Origin: Candidatus Methylomirabilis oxygeniifera
GTDB lineage: Bacteria; Methylomirabilota; Methylomirabilia; Methylomirabilales; Methylomirabilaceae
Assembly (NCBI GenBank): GCA_000091165.1
Contig: FP565575.1
Span: 1,380,001-1,412,000, forward strand
DNA length: 32,000 nt
Reading direction: 5' to 3'
The notes beneath the pieces are model-generated. The model did no database searches. It saw only the letters and a program-made list of their open reading frames with translations, and had not been told where the DNA came from. Both the position numbers and the translations under genes were made by a program. Below, in pieces: positions 8,442-17,021 of this stretch (within the stretch, counting starts at the first letter, position 1; every line of letters begins with the position of its first letter).

Positions 8442-9218
8442 CTATTGGCTCACAATGGACCTACGAGCGATCCGCAGGGTGAGCGTAGTGGCTACAGCAA
8501 CGAACAGGAGTAGCAAGCCGCTATCCGAGAGAGTTGGAATGATTGGGATGCCTGCAGGGCTGAAGGCGATGCCGGTGGGGGCCGTACCCACCGAGATCGG
8601 GCTGCCGACCAGACTGTTCGTAGCCGTAGCGATGACCGAGACGGTGTTGGAGCCTTGATTCGGCACGTACACCGATGCCCCGTCAGGGCTCGCGGCCAGG
8701 AAATCAGGTCTCTGCCCCACCGAGATCGGGCTGCCGACCACGGCGTTGGTGGCGGTGTCGATAACGGAGACGGTGTTATCCACAAAGTTCGCGACGTACA
8801 CGCGGGCGCCGTTCGGCGTGATGGCGATGCCGACCGGATTCGACCCTACCGAGATCGGGCTGCCGACCACGGCGTTGGTGGCGGTGTCGATAACGGAGAC
8901 GGTGTTCGAACCGGAGTTAGTGACGTACACGCGGGCGCCGTTCGGCGTGATAGCAATCTGCTCGGGCGTCAGCCCGACCGAAATGGTGGTAAGAACAGCT
9001 TTTGTTGCAGTATCAACGACAGAGACATTAGCCGAACCGGAGTTCGTCACATATGCCACGGGGGCGGCGTCTGCGGCCTTTGCTCCCACCGATACGAGAA
9101 CAATCAGATAGATCACCGAGACGACCGCACCCCAGTAGTGCGGCTTCGTTTCTCCCGATCTATCTGATCGCTTATCCCTGATCAGTGTAGTCGCCTCCGG
9201 TATCTTGCTCGGTATCAA
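8442..9218 (-). CDS. YVTN-type beta-propeller repeat protein with signal/TM N-terminus and IPTL-CTERM-like C-terminal sorting tail
   Basis: Repeated VYVTNSGSNTVSVIDTATNAVVGSPISVG units. The tail IPTLSDSGLLLLFVAVATTLTLRIARRS has the IPTL motif, a hydrophobic helix and a basic cluster. Confidence 0.85.
   Translation of the reverse strand: MIPSKIPEATTLIRDKRSDRSGETKPHYWGAVVSVIYLIVLVSVGAKAADAAPVAYVTNSGSANVSVVDTATKAVLTTISVGLTPEQIAITPNGARVYVTNSGSNTVSVIDTATNAVVGSPISVGSNPVGIAITPNGARVYVANFVDNTVSVIDTATNAVVGSPISVGQRPDFLAASPDGASVYVPNQGSNTVSVIATATNSLVGSPISVGTAPTGIAFSPAGIPIIPTLSDSGLLLLFVAVATTLTLRIARRSIVSQ
8593..8980 (-). repeat. Tandem intragenic repeat of 129 bp (43 codons) encoding beta-propeller blades
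   Basis: The phase marker ccGAGATCGGGCTGCCGACCA recurs at 8593, 8722 and 8851, with a diverged copy at 8980 (GAAATGGTGG). Exact spacing is 129 nt. The central copies are nearly identical. Confidence 0.9.
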
Positions 9219-9329
9219 TCAGGCCTGCCTTCATGTCTCCTGACGATCCTCTTTACACAATCGCCACGATCTCAAAGAACAGTAATCAAGCCGATCTACA
9301 CTTGTCAAGGGAATTCGCTATTTCGCGCC

Positions 9330-10133
9330 TCATGTGACGATCAGTCCGGCGTAGCCGACCACGCTGGAATCGTCCCTGGTGACATCGGCGGAGGTAGCAT
9401 AACTGATCAACTCCCCTGAGGTGGCCCCGAGCTCTCTCGCCGCAATCAGCAGTGCGGTCGTCGGGTGAAATCCGCACATGGCAATATCTTCACGTCTCAC
9501 AACCTGATACAACCGTTGGGGATCGCAGGCTACGATGGCCTCAATCGCCAGGCGGTCCTTTGCCTTGGCCTGTTCCCGACTTACGTAATGACTCATGTCG
9601 GTGCTGGCCACCATCAGCACCGATCGATCTGACCCCGCAATGGCCTGAGCCACCGCCAACCCGACGTCCTGACAGACTGCATATTCACTGCTGAACAGAC
9701 AGATCGGCACGAAGGAGAAGGGACGGCCGTGCGCCTGGAGCAGCGGGAGTTGCACCTCAATGGAGTGCTCGCGCCGGTGCCCAAGATCGTCGTCCTCGAT
9801 GGTCCGCGAGTTCTGCAGGATGGCCCTGGCCAGCTCTGTATCGATGGACACCTGTCCCATGGGCGTCTCCCATGTCCCGTCGGCCATAATCCCCGCTCCT
9901 GCCCCTATGCCGGTATGGTTAGGCCCCAGGATCACAAAGACATCGGGAAAGGTAAGCCGGGCGTACACTGCTCCGGCAACCCTCCCGGAGTAGATGTAAC
10001 CGGCATGGGGGACGACCGCCCCGAGGGCGCGCACCGTCTGGAGATCCCAGGTGATCAGATCGGCGGCCTGCGCCCGCAACAGCTCCGGTGTACCCGGGTA
10101 GAACGAGCCGGCCACGGCTGCCCGTCGAATCAT
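9330..10133 (-). CDS. MEMO1-family protein (AmmeMemoRadiSam system protein B type)
   Basis: RRAAVAGSFYPGTPELLR, GAVVPHAGYIYSG, VFVILGPNHTGIG, DDLGHRREHSIEVQLPLLQ and ASTDMSHYVSREQAKAKD motifs. Confidence 0.94.
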   Translation of the reverse strand: MIRRAAVAGSFYPGTPELLRAQAADLITWDLQTVRALGAVVPHAGYIYSGRVAGAVYARLTFPDVFVILGPNHTGIGAGAGIMADGTWETPMGQVSIDTELARAILQNSRTIEDDDLGHRREHSIEVQLPLLQAHGRPFSFVPICLFSSEYAVCQDVGLAVAQAIAGSDRSVLMVASTDMSHYVSREQAKAKDRLAIEAIVACDPQRLYQVVRREDIAMCGFHPTTALLIAARELGATSGELISYATSADVTRDDSSVVGYAGLIVT

Positions 10134-10143
10134 TATCAGTCCC

Positions 10144-10196
10144 TTGCGTCTATAACGTCTGTTGCGTCATCGCGTTTATTGCGTCTGTTGCGTCCT
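10144..10196. repeat. 9-bp degenerate tandem repeat between the MEMO-family gene and waaC, overlapping the waaC 3' end
   Basis: TTGCGTCTA TAACGTCTG TTGCGTCAT CGCGTTTA TTGCGTCTG TTGCGTCCT. The reverse strand has the GACGCAATA/GACGCAACA unit also seen at 6621-6629. Confidence 0.93.
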
Positions 10197-11294
10197 GGCA
10201 CCTGTGGCCAAGAGTACGGAGGCGGCTTCTGTTACCTGCTCTACCGAAATTGAGTGCATGCACAGACGATCCTCCTCGATCTGGCACCGCCGTTTTGAGC
10301 ATGGACTGCACGGTAGGGGGACACGGAGTACAACCCCGTCACCCCCGTAAGGACCGATCAGACGTGGATCGGTTGGGCCAAAGAGCGCGACAAGGGGGGT
10401 TCCAAGCGCCGCCGCCAGGTGCATGGGACCGGAATCTACCGTCACCAGGAGGTTGATCCGCTTCAGGAGCGCGATCAGAACCTTAAGGTCCGTCCGACCG
10501 GCCGCCACGAACGGGGCCGGGTTCATGCGGCGAGCCAGACGCCTAGCCACCGGAAGGTCCGCGGACGATCCAATCACAAGGATCCTGGCCCCATATCGAC
10601 GGGCCAGTGCCTCCCCTACACGCGCGAACTGCTCCTCTCCCCAGAGTTTTGTCGACCAACGCGCTTGTGGATTGAGAGCGATCACTGACGCATTCGGCCT
10701 TACCTCCGCCTCAGCCAGAAGCGCTTCAGCCCTCGCCCCATCGTCGGGTCGAGAAGGGAACATGAACGCCTTCGATGGCGGGTCTGCTCCAAGAAATCTG
10801 GCGACTTCCAGGTACCGGTCTACGGCATGCAGCGGTCCAGGTGGCAGCGGCACGACGTGGGTCAACGCGCGCCCGCTTCCCTCGCGGCTTCCAGCCAGAC
10901 CGACCCGAAATCGCGCGCGGGCGCAGATCACCATAAGGGCGCTCTTGAGCAGTCCCTGCAAATCGACAACAAGGTCATACCGACCCTGACGGAGTTCGGC
11001 GATCAGCGTAGCCATCTCCCGCAACGCGGCCGATCCGCAGGAAGGAGACCGCACCTCTCGCCCCCATCGTCTGCGACCGGACACGATGACCCGATCCAGC
11101 AAGGGATGACCCAACAGCAGCTCCGCCGCCTCCTCCTCCACAAGCCACGCGATATGTCGATCGGGGTACCGTTGTCTGAGCGAGCTAAGGAACGGGAGGG
11201 CATGCACGACATCACCGAGTGAGCTCGGCTTAATGATGAGAATTCGCTGCACCTGCTCCATCGGCACAGGGTCATGGCTAAACGGAGCAGTCAT
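10176..11294 (-). CDS. waaC: LPS heptosyltransferase (GT9), probably heptosyltransferase I
   Basis: RILIIKPSSLGDVVHALPFLSSLRQRYP, LVVDLQGLLKSALM, VTVDSGPMHLAAALGTPLVALFGPTDP. An ATGA overlap with the upstream gene supports a start at 11294, with a later Met at 11261 also possible. Confidence 0.88.
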   Translation of the reverse strand: MTAPFSHDPVPMEQVQRILIIKPSSLGDVVHALPFLSSLRQRYPDRHIAWLVEEEAAELLLGHPLLDRVIVSGRRRWGREVRSPSCGSAALREMATLIAELRQGRYDLVVDLQGLLKSALMVICARARFRVGLAGSREGSGRALTHVVPLPPGPLHAVDRYLEVARFLGADPPSKAFMFPSRPDDGARAEALLAEAEVRPNASVIALNPQARWSTKLWGEEQFARVGEALARRYGARILVIGSSADLPVARRLARRMNPAPFVAAGRTDLKVLIALLKRINLLVTVDSGPMHLAAALGTPLVALFGPTDPRLIGPYGGDGVVLRVPLPCSPCSKRRCQIEEDRLCMHSISVEQVTEAASVLLATGARTQQTQ

Positions 11295-12943
11295 GCCGGC
11301 TGGCACCTTTGGACAATCCACTCGGTGGCGTCAAGCAGATCTCTTGCCGTATACGCGGGCATTGGACCTCCCGTCGACCGAAGGTGTTCCAACGACTCAC
11401 GTCCATAGCCTGTCAGGACCAGCACCGAAGGCAGACTCAGTCCATCTGCCAGCAGCATGTCGCTCACCTTATCCCCCACGACGTACGATCGCCCCAGGTC
11501 CACCTGCTGCTCATAGGCCGCCCGCTGAATCAGTCCTGGAGCGGGCTTACGACACAGGCAGTCCCGTCTGTATGGAAAGCGCCCTTCCCGAGGGTGATGA
11601 GGACAGTAGTAGAAGGCATCCGTCCCTCCTCCATCCGCCTGGAGCAGCTCCAGAAGCCGTTGATGGGATGCTTCAACCAGCTCTTCAGTGGCGTCCCCCC
11701 GGGCCACCCGCGCTTGATTGCTGACCACGATCCGCCGATATCCCGCCTCGCCAAGGCGTTTCAACGCTTCCGCCGCCTTGGGAATCGGCCTCATCATATC
11801 CGGGCGTTGGATCGGCCCTACCTCTTCATTGATGGTACCGTCCCGATCCAGAAACACCGCCGGCGCCGGCCGGATGCTCGCATCAGCAGGAGCGTGTGAT
11901 CGAGCGAGAAGGATCTCCGCCGCAGCCACCACCCTCTCCACATCAAGTTCCTGCATACATCGATGGTCGATAGGGCAGTCGCGGTAGCGACACGGACTAC
12001 ACGTCGGCGGATTGTGAAGAACCTGATGGCCGGAGCCGAGGGGACCTGTGCGATGGGGATCCGTCGGGCCGAACAGGGCCACGCACGGGATTCCCAGTGC
12101 GGAGGCCAGATGCATGGGTCCCGTATCGTTCGTCAGGAGCAGCGCGCACCGACTCAGCAGGCCGGCCAATTCAGCGAGCGTCGTTCGTCCGCCGAAGTCG
12201 ATGACAGCCCCGCGCATCCGCGAGCGGATGGCCCGTGTTAATGACGCTTCGCGTGATGAACCGAACAACAGGGCAACCGTGCCGAAGCGATCCGCCAGAC
12301 GATCGGCGACTTCTGCAAATCGTTCCACCGGCCAGCGCTTTGCCGTCCCATACGTGGCCCCTGGGGTCATGCCGACAACCGGGGCGTGAGGGGGGAGACC
12401 GGACTCAGCCAGCAGTTTCTCAACTTCCGCATCGCTTCCAGGCGGACGCAGGAATCCGGTTGGGCGCACCCACGCATCCCACTGTAGCGCACGTAGCAGG
12501 CCAAGATAAGCGTCCGCCTGATGTAACGGCGTCCCACTCGAGGGGCGCACCCCCACCGTCAATAAGGAATCTCGCCAATCGGTCGCATACCCGACCCGAT
12601 GCGGAATCCCTGCCAGCCGACTGATGAGCGCTATCCGAAAACTGTTCGGTAAAAGCAGAGCCAACTCGAACTCTCGTTGCCGCAGTGCGGTCGCCGCCCA
12701 CTTCAACTCACCCCTGCCCGGCAGCTCAACGAGTTCATCGATACACGGCAAGGATCGAAACAGCGGGCTCAGCCATGGACGCACAAGGAGTGAGATTCTT
12801 ACACTCGGGAATGAGCGACGAAGGTTGGCGAGCGCAGGAAGCGCGAGCACCGCATCACCCAACCAATTAGGGCTTGCAACCAGGATAGATCGCAGCCGAT
12901 CGGGTTCGAATGTTTTTCGAACATGCAGTGTCTGGAGCCTCAT
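11291..12943 (-). CDS. waaF-gmhB: Fusion protein: N-terminal LPS heptosyltransferase II domain plus C-terminal D-glycero-D-manno-heptose 1,7-bisphosphate 7-phosphatase domain
   Basis: N-terminal ILVASPNWLGDAVLALPALANLRRSFP and LLLTNDTGPMHLASALGIPCVALFGPTDP. C-terminal AVFLDRDGTINEEVG, YYCPHHPREGRFPYRRDCLCRKPAPG and YVVGDKVSDMLLA. Single uninterrupted 550-codon ORF. Confidence 0.9.
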   Translation of the reverse strand: MRLQTLHVRKTFEPDRLRSILVASPNWLGDAVLALPALANLRRSFPSVRISLLVRPWLSPLFRSLPCIDELVELPGRGELKWAATALRQREFELALLLPNSFRIALISRLAGIPHRVGYATDWRDSLLTVGVRPSSGTPLHQADAYLGLLRALQWDAWVRPTGFLRPPGSDAEVEKLLAESGLPPHAPVVGMTPGATYGTAKRWPVERFAEVADRLADRFGTVALLFGSSREASLTRAIRSRMRGAVIDFGGRTTLAELAGLLSRCALLLTNDTGPMHLASALGIPCVALFGPTDPHRTGPLGSGHQVLHNPPTCSPCRYRDCPIDHRCMQELDVERVVAAAEILLARSHAPADASIRPAPAVFLDRDGTINEEVGPIQRPDMMRPIPKAAEALKRLGEAGYRRIVVSNQARVARGDATEELVEASHQRLLELLQADGGGTDAFYYCPHHPREGRFPYRRDCLCRKPAPGLIQRAAYEQQVDLGRSYVVGDKVSDMLLADGLSLPSVLVLTGYGRESLEHLRSTGGPMPAYTARDLLDATEWIVQRCQPA

Positions 12944-13905
12944 GGTTTCGGGTGTCGGGTGTAGGGTGTCGGGTGTCGGGTGTCGGGTGTCGGGGACTCA
13001 GCACGCGGCTGCGTTTTCCATCTGCGGTGGACCCAAAGCCACTGGGCCGGCGCCTTCCGAACTAATGCTTCAATGGCCCTCGTGAAGGAGGCGGTGTTGG
13101 CAACAACGTCCGCCCTCAGGTGCCCGGTCCGAATTAAGGGTATCTCTTTCTCCACCAGAATGATGTGCCGATCCCGCCCGCACCGCACGATGGCGGCGGG
13201 AAGAACCGATGCGTCGGTTCTGAGGGCCAGGAGGGCAGGGGCGAGAGCGGTACAGGCCGGCCTGCCAAAGAAATCGACAAAGACCCCCTCTTTCCAGGTG
13301 ATGTTTTGATCCATGAGAATCCCAACGCTTTCCCCACGAAACAGCGCCTGCACCAGCGTCGGCATCACCAGCTTCTTGGCTAATACCCGTGTTCCCCAAG
13401 CGGCCCGGAACCGGGTGATGACCTTGTCGAGATATGGGTTATCCAGAGGGCGCGTCACAATAGCCAACGGCTCCCCCATGAGGGCGGATGCAAGCGGAAG
13501 CAGTTCCCATGACCCCAGATGCGCGGTAATGTAAATAATCCCCTTCCCTCGGCGCTTAGCCTCATGGAAGTGCTCATACCCTTCGATCCGGATAAACTGC
13601 CGGAAGTTCTCTCGATCGATCTTGGGAATCCGACACGTCTCTATGACGGTTCGGCCCAGATTGATAAAGGTTAAGCGCGCCAACTCAGTGATCTCCCGAG
13701 GGGAATGCTCACCACTGAAAGCCTGGCGCAGGTTGTCCTGAGCAATCAATCGATGTTTGTGGTCGACACGGTAGAGAGCCGCGCCCAACCCTTCACCGAT
13801 AGAGTAGGCCAACGACGATGGCAGGTGGAACAATCCCTTCGCGAATCCTGCCACAAGGAGGTATTCGAGATAGGCGGCAACACCGCCATGGCTCCTGGAC
13901 TTCAC
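12940..13905 (-). CDS. Lipid A biosynthesis acyltransferase, LpxL/HtrB-like, with a repeat-encoded C-terminal tail
   Basis: IIYITAHLGSWELLPLASALMG, GILMDQNITWKEGVFVDFFGRPACTALAPALLAL and WLWVHRRWKTQP. Tail SPTPDTRHPTPYTRHPKP. Confidence 0.9.
   Translation of the reverse strand: MKSRSHGGVAAYLEYLLVAGFAKGLFHLPSSLAYSIGEGLGAALYRVDHKHRLIAQDNLRQAFSGEHSPREITELARLTFINLGRTVIETCRIPKIDRENFRQFIRIEGYEHFHEAKRRGKGIIYITAHLGSWELLPLASALMGEPLAIVTRPLDNPYLDKVITRFRAAWGTRVLAKKLVMPTLVQALFRGESVGILMDQNITWKEGVFVDFFGRPACTALAPALLALRTDASVLPAAIVRCGRDRHIILVEKEIPLIRTGHLRADVVANTASFTRAIEALVRKAPAQWLWVHRRWKTQPRAESPTPDTRHPTPYTRHPKP
12949..12997. repeat. 7-bp tandem repeat (CGGGTGT)2-AGGGTGT-(CGGGTGT)3 plus one degenerate unit
   Basis: Direct reading of units at 12949, 12956, 12963, 12970, 12977, 12984 and 12991 with strict 7-nt phase. 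Confidence 0.97.
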
Positions 13906-15065
13906 GATGCGCTCGGTTGTACCAGGCGGTTTAACATCGCCTCCAACAGATCCGCCCCTTCCAATAATTCAAATGAGATCGACAAAGCGTAGAGTGGCAT
14001 ATCCACCTGAGCAATGTCTAAGTGAGCCAATTTTACCATATCCTTTTCTGTGGTGACCACCATGGAGGCGCCGTCATCTTTGGCTGCTCGCCCGATCAAC
14101 TCCAGATCGGCTGGAGTATAGCGGTGGTGATCGGGGAAGATACGGTGAGCCGCAACACGCGCACCGAGCTGACCAAGCATCGCTTTAAATCGGCTTGGAT
14201 TGGCAATGCCGGAGACCGCCAACAGCCGCTGGCCGGTGAGACGCTCAAGACCCACGCGGTCTTCACTCCTGACATCGATAAGGCTGACAGGCCGATGGAC
14301 AGCTCGGGCAATCGGAGCAGCCGGCGCGTATTGCCGGATCGCCCGTATAGCCGAATCTACGTCGCGTCCAGCGTCAGCATTCGTCACGACCACGATGTCA
14401 GCCCGTTCGAGTGCCTCCGGCGGCTCGCGCAACAACCCTGAGGGCAGCAGCCGACCATATCCGAGCGGATTGACCGCATCAACCAGCACGATATCCAGAT
14501 CGCGGTGGAGTCTGCGATGCTGAAACCCATCATCCAGAATAATCACGCCACACGCCACCTGCTCAATGGCGACCTCGCCGACTCGGTATCGATCGGCCCC
14601 GGTCAAGACGGCGACGCCCGGCAGATGCCGGGCCAGCAAATAGGCCTCGTCAGCCGCGACCGGCGGCTTGCATCGCACACTTGTGCCATCGCTAACGACG
14701 GTCGGCTTCGTCGAATCACTCCGGTACCCTCGTAAAATGATGACCACCTGCTGGCCTCGCTCGCGCAGCCTACCGGCCAACATCTCAACGCACGGGGTCT
14801 TCCCGCTTCCACCCACACTGATATTTCCAACGCTCAGCACCGGGACCGGAAGTCGGTGCGTCCCGGCAAGGCCACAGCTAAAGAGCGCCGTCCGCAGCGA
14901 AACGGCTGCCCCATACACATGCGAAATCGGACGCAAACACGTGAGCCAGGCTTGAGCGGTCCATTGCTCTGGAGCAGCCGCCATGCAGCGCAACGTCCAG
15001 GTTGAGAGCGCCTCTATGCCTTTCACGATACGAACCGCTCCAGGAGGGTCGCTGTCCGCTCGCAT
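13902..15065 (-). CDS. lpxK: Tetraacyldisaccharide 4'-kinase
   Basis: VPVLSVGNISVGGSGKTPCVEMLAGRL, DDGFQHRRLHRDLDIVLVDA and FPDHHRYTPADL motifs. The ORF's first Met overlaps waaA, so the true start may be internal (for example about 14984). Confidence 0.93.
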   Translation of the reverse strand: MRADSDPPGAVRIVKGIEALSTWTLRCMAAAPEQWTAQAWLTCLRPISHVYGAAVSLRTALFSCGLAGTHRLPVPVLSVGNISVGGSGKTPCVEMLAGRLRERGQQVVIILRGYRSDSTKPTVVSDGTSVRCKPPVAADEAYLLARHLPGVAVLTGADRYRVGEVAIEQVACGVIILDDGFQHRRLHRDLDIVLVDAVNPLGYGRLLPSGLLREPPEALERADIVVVTNADAGRDVDSAIRAIRQYAPAAPIARAVHRPVSLIDVRSEDRVGLERLTGQRLLAVSGIANPSRFKAMLGQLGARVAAHRIFPDHHRYTPADLELIGRAAKDDGASMVVTTEKDMVKLAHLDIAQVDMPLYALSISFELLEGADLLEAMLNRLVQPSAS

Positions 15066-16309
15066 GCGCCCTGATGGGCCGCTAAGGCTGCCATTGCCGC
15101 CTGACCCATCTTTTCTCTCGCTCCTTGATCACGCAGGAGCCTGGTAAGCTGCCGGGTGAGATCCGCCGCATCGCTTACCTGGATGGCCGCCCCCCGTTCG
15201 ACAAAGTACGCACTCGCCTCGATAAAATTCTCCATGTGGGGACCGAAGAGCACCGGCCGACCGTGCAGGGCCGGCTCGAGCAGGTTGTGGCCGCCTCTGG
15301 ATATAAGACTCCCACCGACAAAGCTGATACTCCCCACCGCGTACAGCCCTGACAGTTCACCGACGGTGTCCAGAAGGATCACCTCCTTCGCGCCATTTCG
15401 CCCTTGAGGTAGAGCGCTCCGCCTCACTACGGCCATGCCATGAGCGGCAACCGCCGTTTCCACCTGGACTACCCGCTCCGGATGGCGCGGCGCCAGGATC
15501 AGCAACAGGTCCGGAAACTCTCCGCGCAGGCGGCGAAAGGCCTGGAGCAACATCTCCTCCTCGCCGGCATGCGTGCTTCCCGCCACCAGGACCTGTCGCT
15601 GCGCGTCAATCTGAAGTTCCCGACGCCACTGTTCGGCCAGCAATGAGGTGTCGGCGTGGCGGACTGCATCGAACTTGAGATTACCCACCACATGCACCCG
15701 CTCAGGACTGGCGCCCAGCGCGAGAATTCGCTTGGCGTCGGCGCCGGTTTGCATGCAAAAGAGATCAACGCACTGAAGGACTCGGCGGATAAAGGGTCGG
15801 ACAAGGCGGTAGCGTGAAAACGAGCGCTCCGATAGTCGACCATTGATGATGGCAACCGGAATCTTCGAGGCCGCGCAGGCATGGAGGAAATTTGGCCAGA
15901 TTTCTGTCTCTGTGAGAAGGATGAGGCGGGGTCTCACTGAGGCCAGGGCCCGATGAACAACCATCGGTAGATCGATCGGAAAGTACACGACGGCCGCCGC
16001 CTGCGGGAGCGAACGTCTGGCGACCTCTCGTCCGGTTCCGGTCACCGTCGAGACGACAAGCGGGAGCATCGGTCGCTGCGCCCTCCAGAGATTCGCCAGA
16101 ATCGAAGCCGCGCCGACCTCCCCCACCGAGACGGCATGTATCCAGACAGGCTGAACCGCTCGCAGCCGTGAGTACAACGACTCCGGGTAACGGCCCGCAC
16201 GCTCCAACCATCCTTCCCGGTAGGAGGAACGTCGGAGTATCTTCAAAAGGATGGAGGGTGACCACGCGAGCAGAACGAGGGTCAGTAAGAAGGAGTAGAC
16301 AGCATACAT
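15023..16309 (-). CDS. waaA: 3-deoxy-D-manno-octulosonic acid (Kdo) transferase
   Basis: PVWIHAVSVGEVGAA, LVVSTVTGTGREVA, LILLTETEIWPNFLHACAASKIPVAIINGRLSERS and GGHNLLEPALHGRPVLFGPHMENF. Confidence 0.95.
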   Translation of the reverse strand: MYAVYSFLLTLVLLAWSPSILLKILRRSSYREGWLERAGRYPESLYSRLRAVQPVWIHAVSVGEVGAASILANLWRAQRPMLPLVVSTVTGTGREVARRSLPQAAAVVYFPIDLPMVVHRALASVRPRLILLTETEIWPNFLHACAASKIPVAIINGRLSERSFSRYRLVRPFIRRVLQCVDLFCMQTGADAKRILALGASPERVHVVGNLKFDAVRHADTSLLAEQWRRELQIDAQRQVLVAGSTHAGEEEMLLQAFRRLRGEFPDLLLILAPRHPERVVQVETAVAAHGMAVVRRSALPQGRNGAKEVILLDTVGELSGLYAVGSISFVGGSLISRGGHNLLEPALHGRPVLFGPHMENFIEASAYFVERGAAIQVSDAADLTRQLTRLLRDQGAREKMGQAAMAALAAHQGACERTATLLERFVS

Positions 16310-16325
16310 CCCGGCCTGCCGATCG

Positions 16326-17021
16326 TCATCGATCCGTTCTGAAGTAGTTATCCGCCTTCATTGTGAGCAGATCGAGGCGCTCTTCGAGGACTTCCTGGTG
16401 CTTTGTTATCTCATCCTTGGTCGTTGTCGGAGGAACATACATCGGTTCCCCCCAGATGTACACGGCACGGGAGAACGGGACCGGCACAAGGAAGCCGTCC
16501 CAGCTCTGGAGGAATCGGCGTCGCGCCGCACTGAAGCTCACCGGCACAATGGGAGCCCCCGTCAGCTTCGCGACCTCGATGACACCGGACTTGACCTTCG
16601 CTCGCGGTCCCTTTGGGCCATCCGGGGTGACAACCAGGTCCAGTCCGCCTTTGATGGCGCGGATCATCTGCTTGATGGCGCGCATGCCGCCCCGTGTCGC
16701 TGAGCCTCGAATCACCTCGAACCCGAGAATCGTTGCGATTCGGCTGAAATACTCCCCATCCCGATGCTGGCTGATGAGGAGCGCTCCGGATTTCCCGGGA
16801 TAGACAAACGGCATCATCAGGAGCCGGCCGTGCCAGAAGACCACAATGATTCGCTCTCCCTTTGCCCAGCAGCGTTCCGGGTACGCACGGCCCACATGAA
16901 CCACTCGAAGGAGCCGAAAGAGGCACTGCATCAACCTCGCCGCAAGCCATGGGACAATGCGCAGAACACGACGATCTTCCCTGAGCGCAACGACCGCTCG
17001 GGAAAAGGATGACTTCCCCAT
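16326..17021 (-). CDS. DUF374 family lysophospholipid acyltransferase-like protein
   Basis: VVFWHGRLLMMPFVYPG, ALLISQHRDGEYFSRIATILGFEVIRGSATRGG and VVTPDGPKGPRAKVKSGVIEVAKLTGAPIVPVSF. Start MGKSSFSR at 17021 overlaps the lpxB stop by 1 nt. Confidence 0.88.
   Translation of the reverse strand: MGKSSFSRAVVALREDRRVLRIVPWLAARLMQCLFRLLRVVHVGRAYPERCWAKGERIIVVFWHGRLLMMPFVYPGKSGALLISQHRDGEYFSRIATILGFEVIRGSATRGGMRAIKQMIRAIKGGLDLVVTPDGPKGPRAKVKSGVIEVAKLTGAPIVPVSFSAARRRFLQSWDGFLVPVPFSRAVYIWGEPMYVPPTTTKDEITKHQEVLEERLDLLTMKADNYFRTDR

Noticed and set aside
8593-8980. Regularly spaced repeats considered as a CRISPR-like array
   Set aside because: The 129-bp period is contiguous coding sequence matching 43-residue YVTN blades. 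There are no short repeats with unique spacers and no cas genes.
10423-10989. 188-aa + strand ORF opposite waaC, and similar + strand ORFs at 11309-11899, 15765-16265 and 24832-25377
   Set aside because: All are shadows of well-supported - strand genes with low-complexity or no recognisable domains.
12949-12997. Tandem heptamers considered as telomere-like sequence or an assembly artefact
   Set aside because: The array is short, lies within a continuous gene junction with intact flanking genes, and its translation ends cleanly at an ATGA overlap. Artefact cannot be fully excluded without reads.
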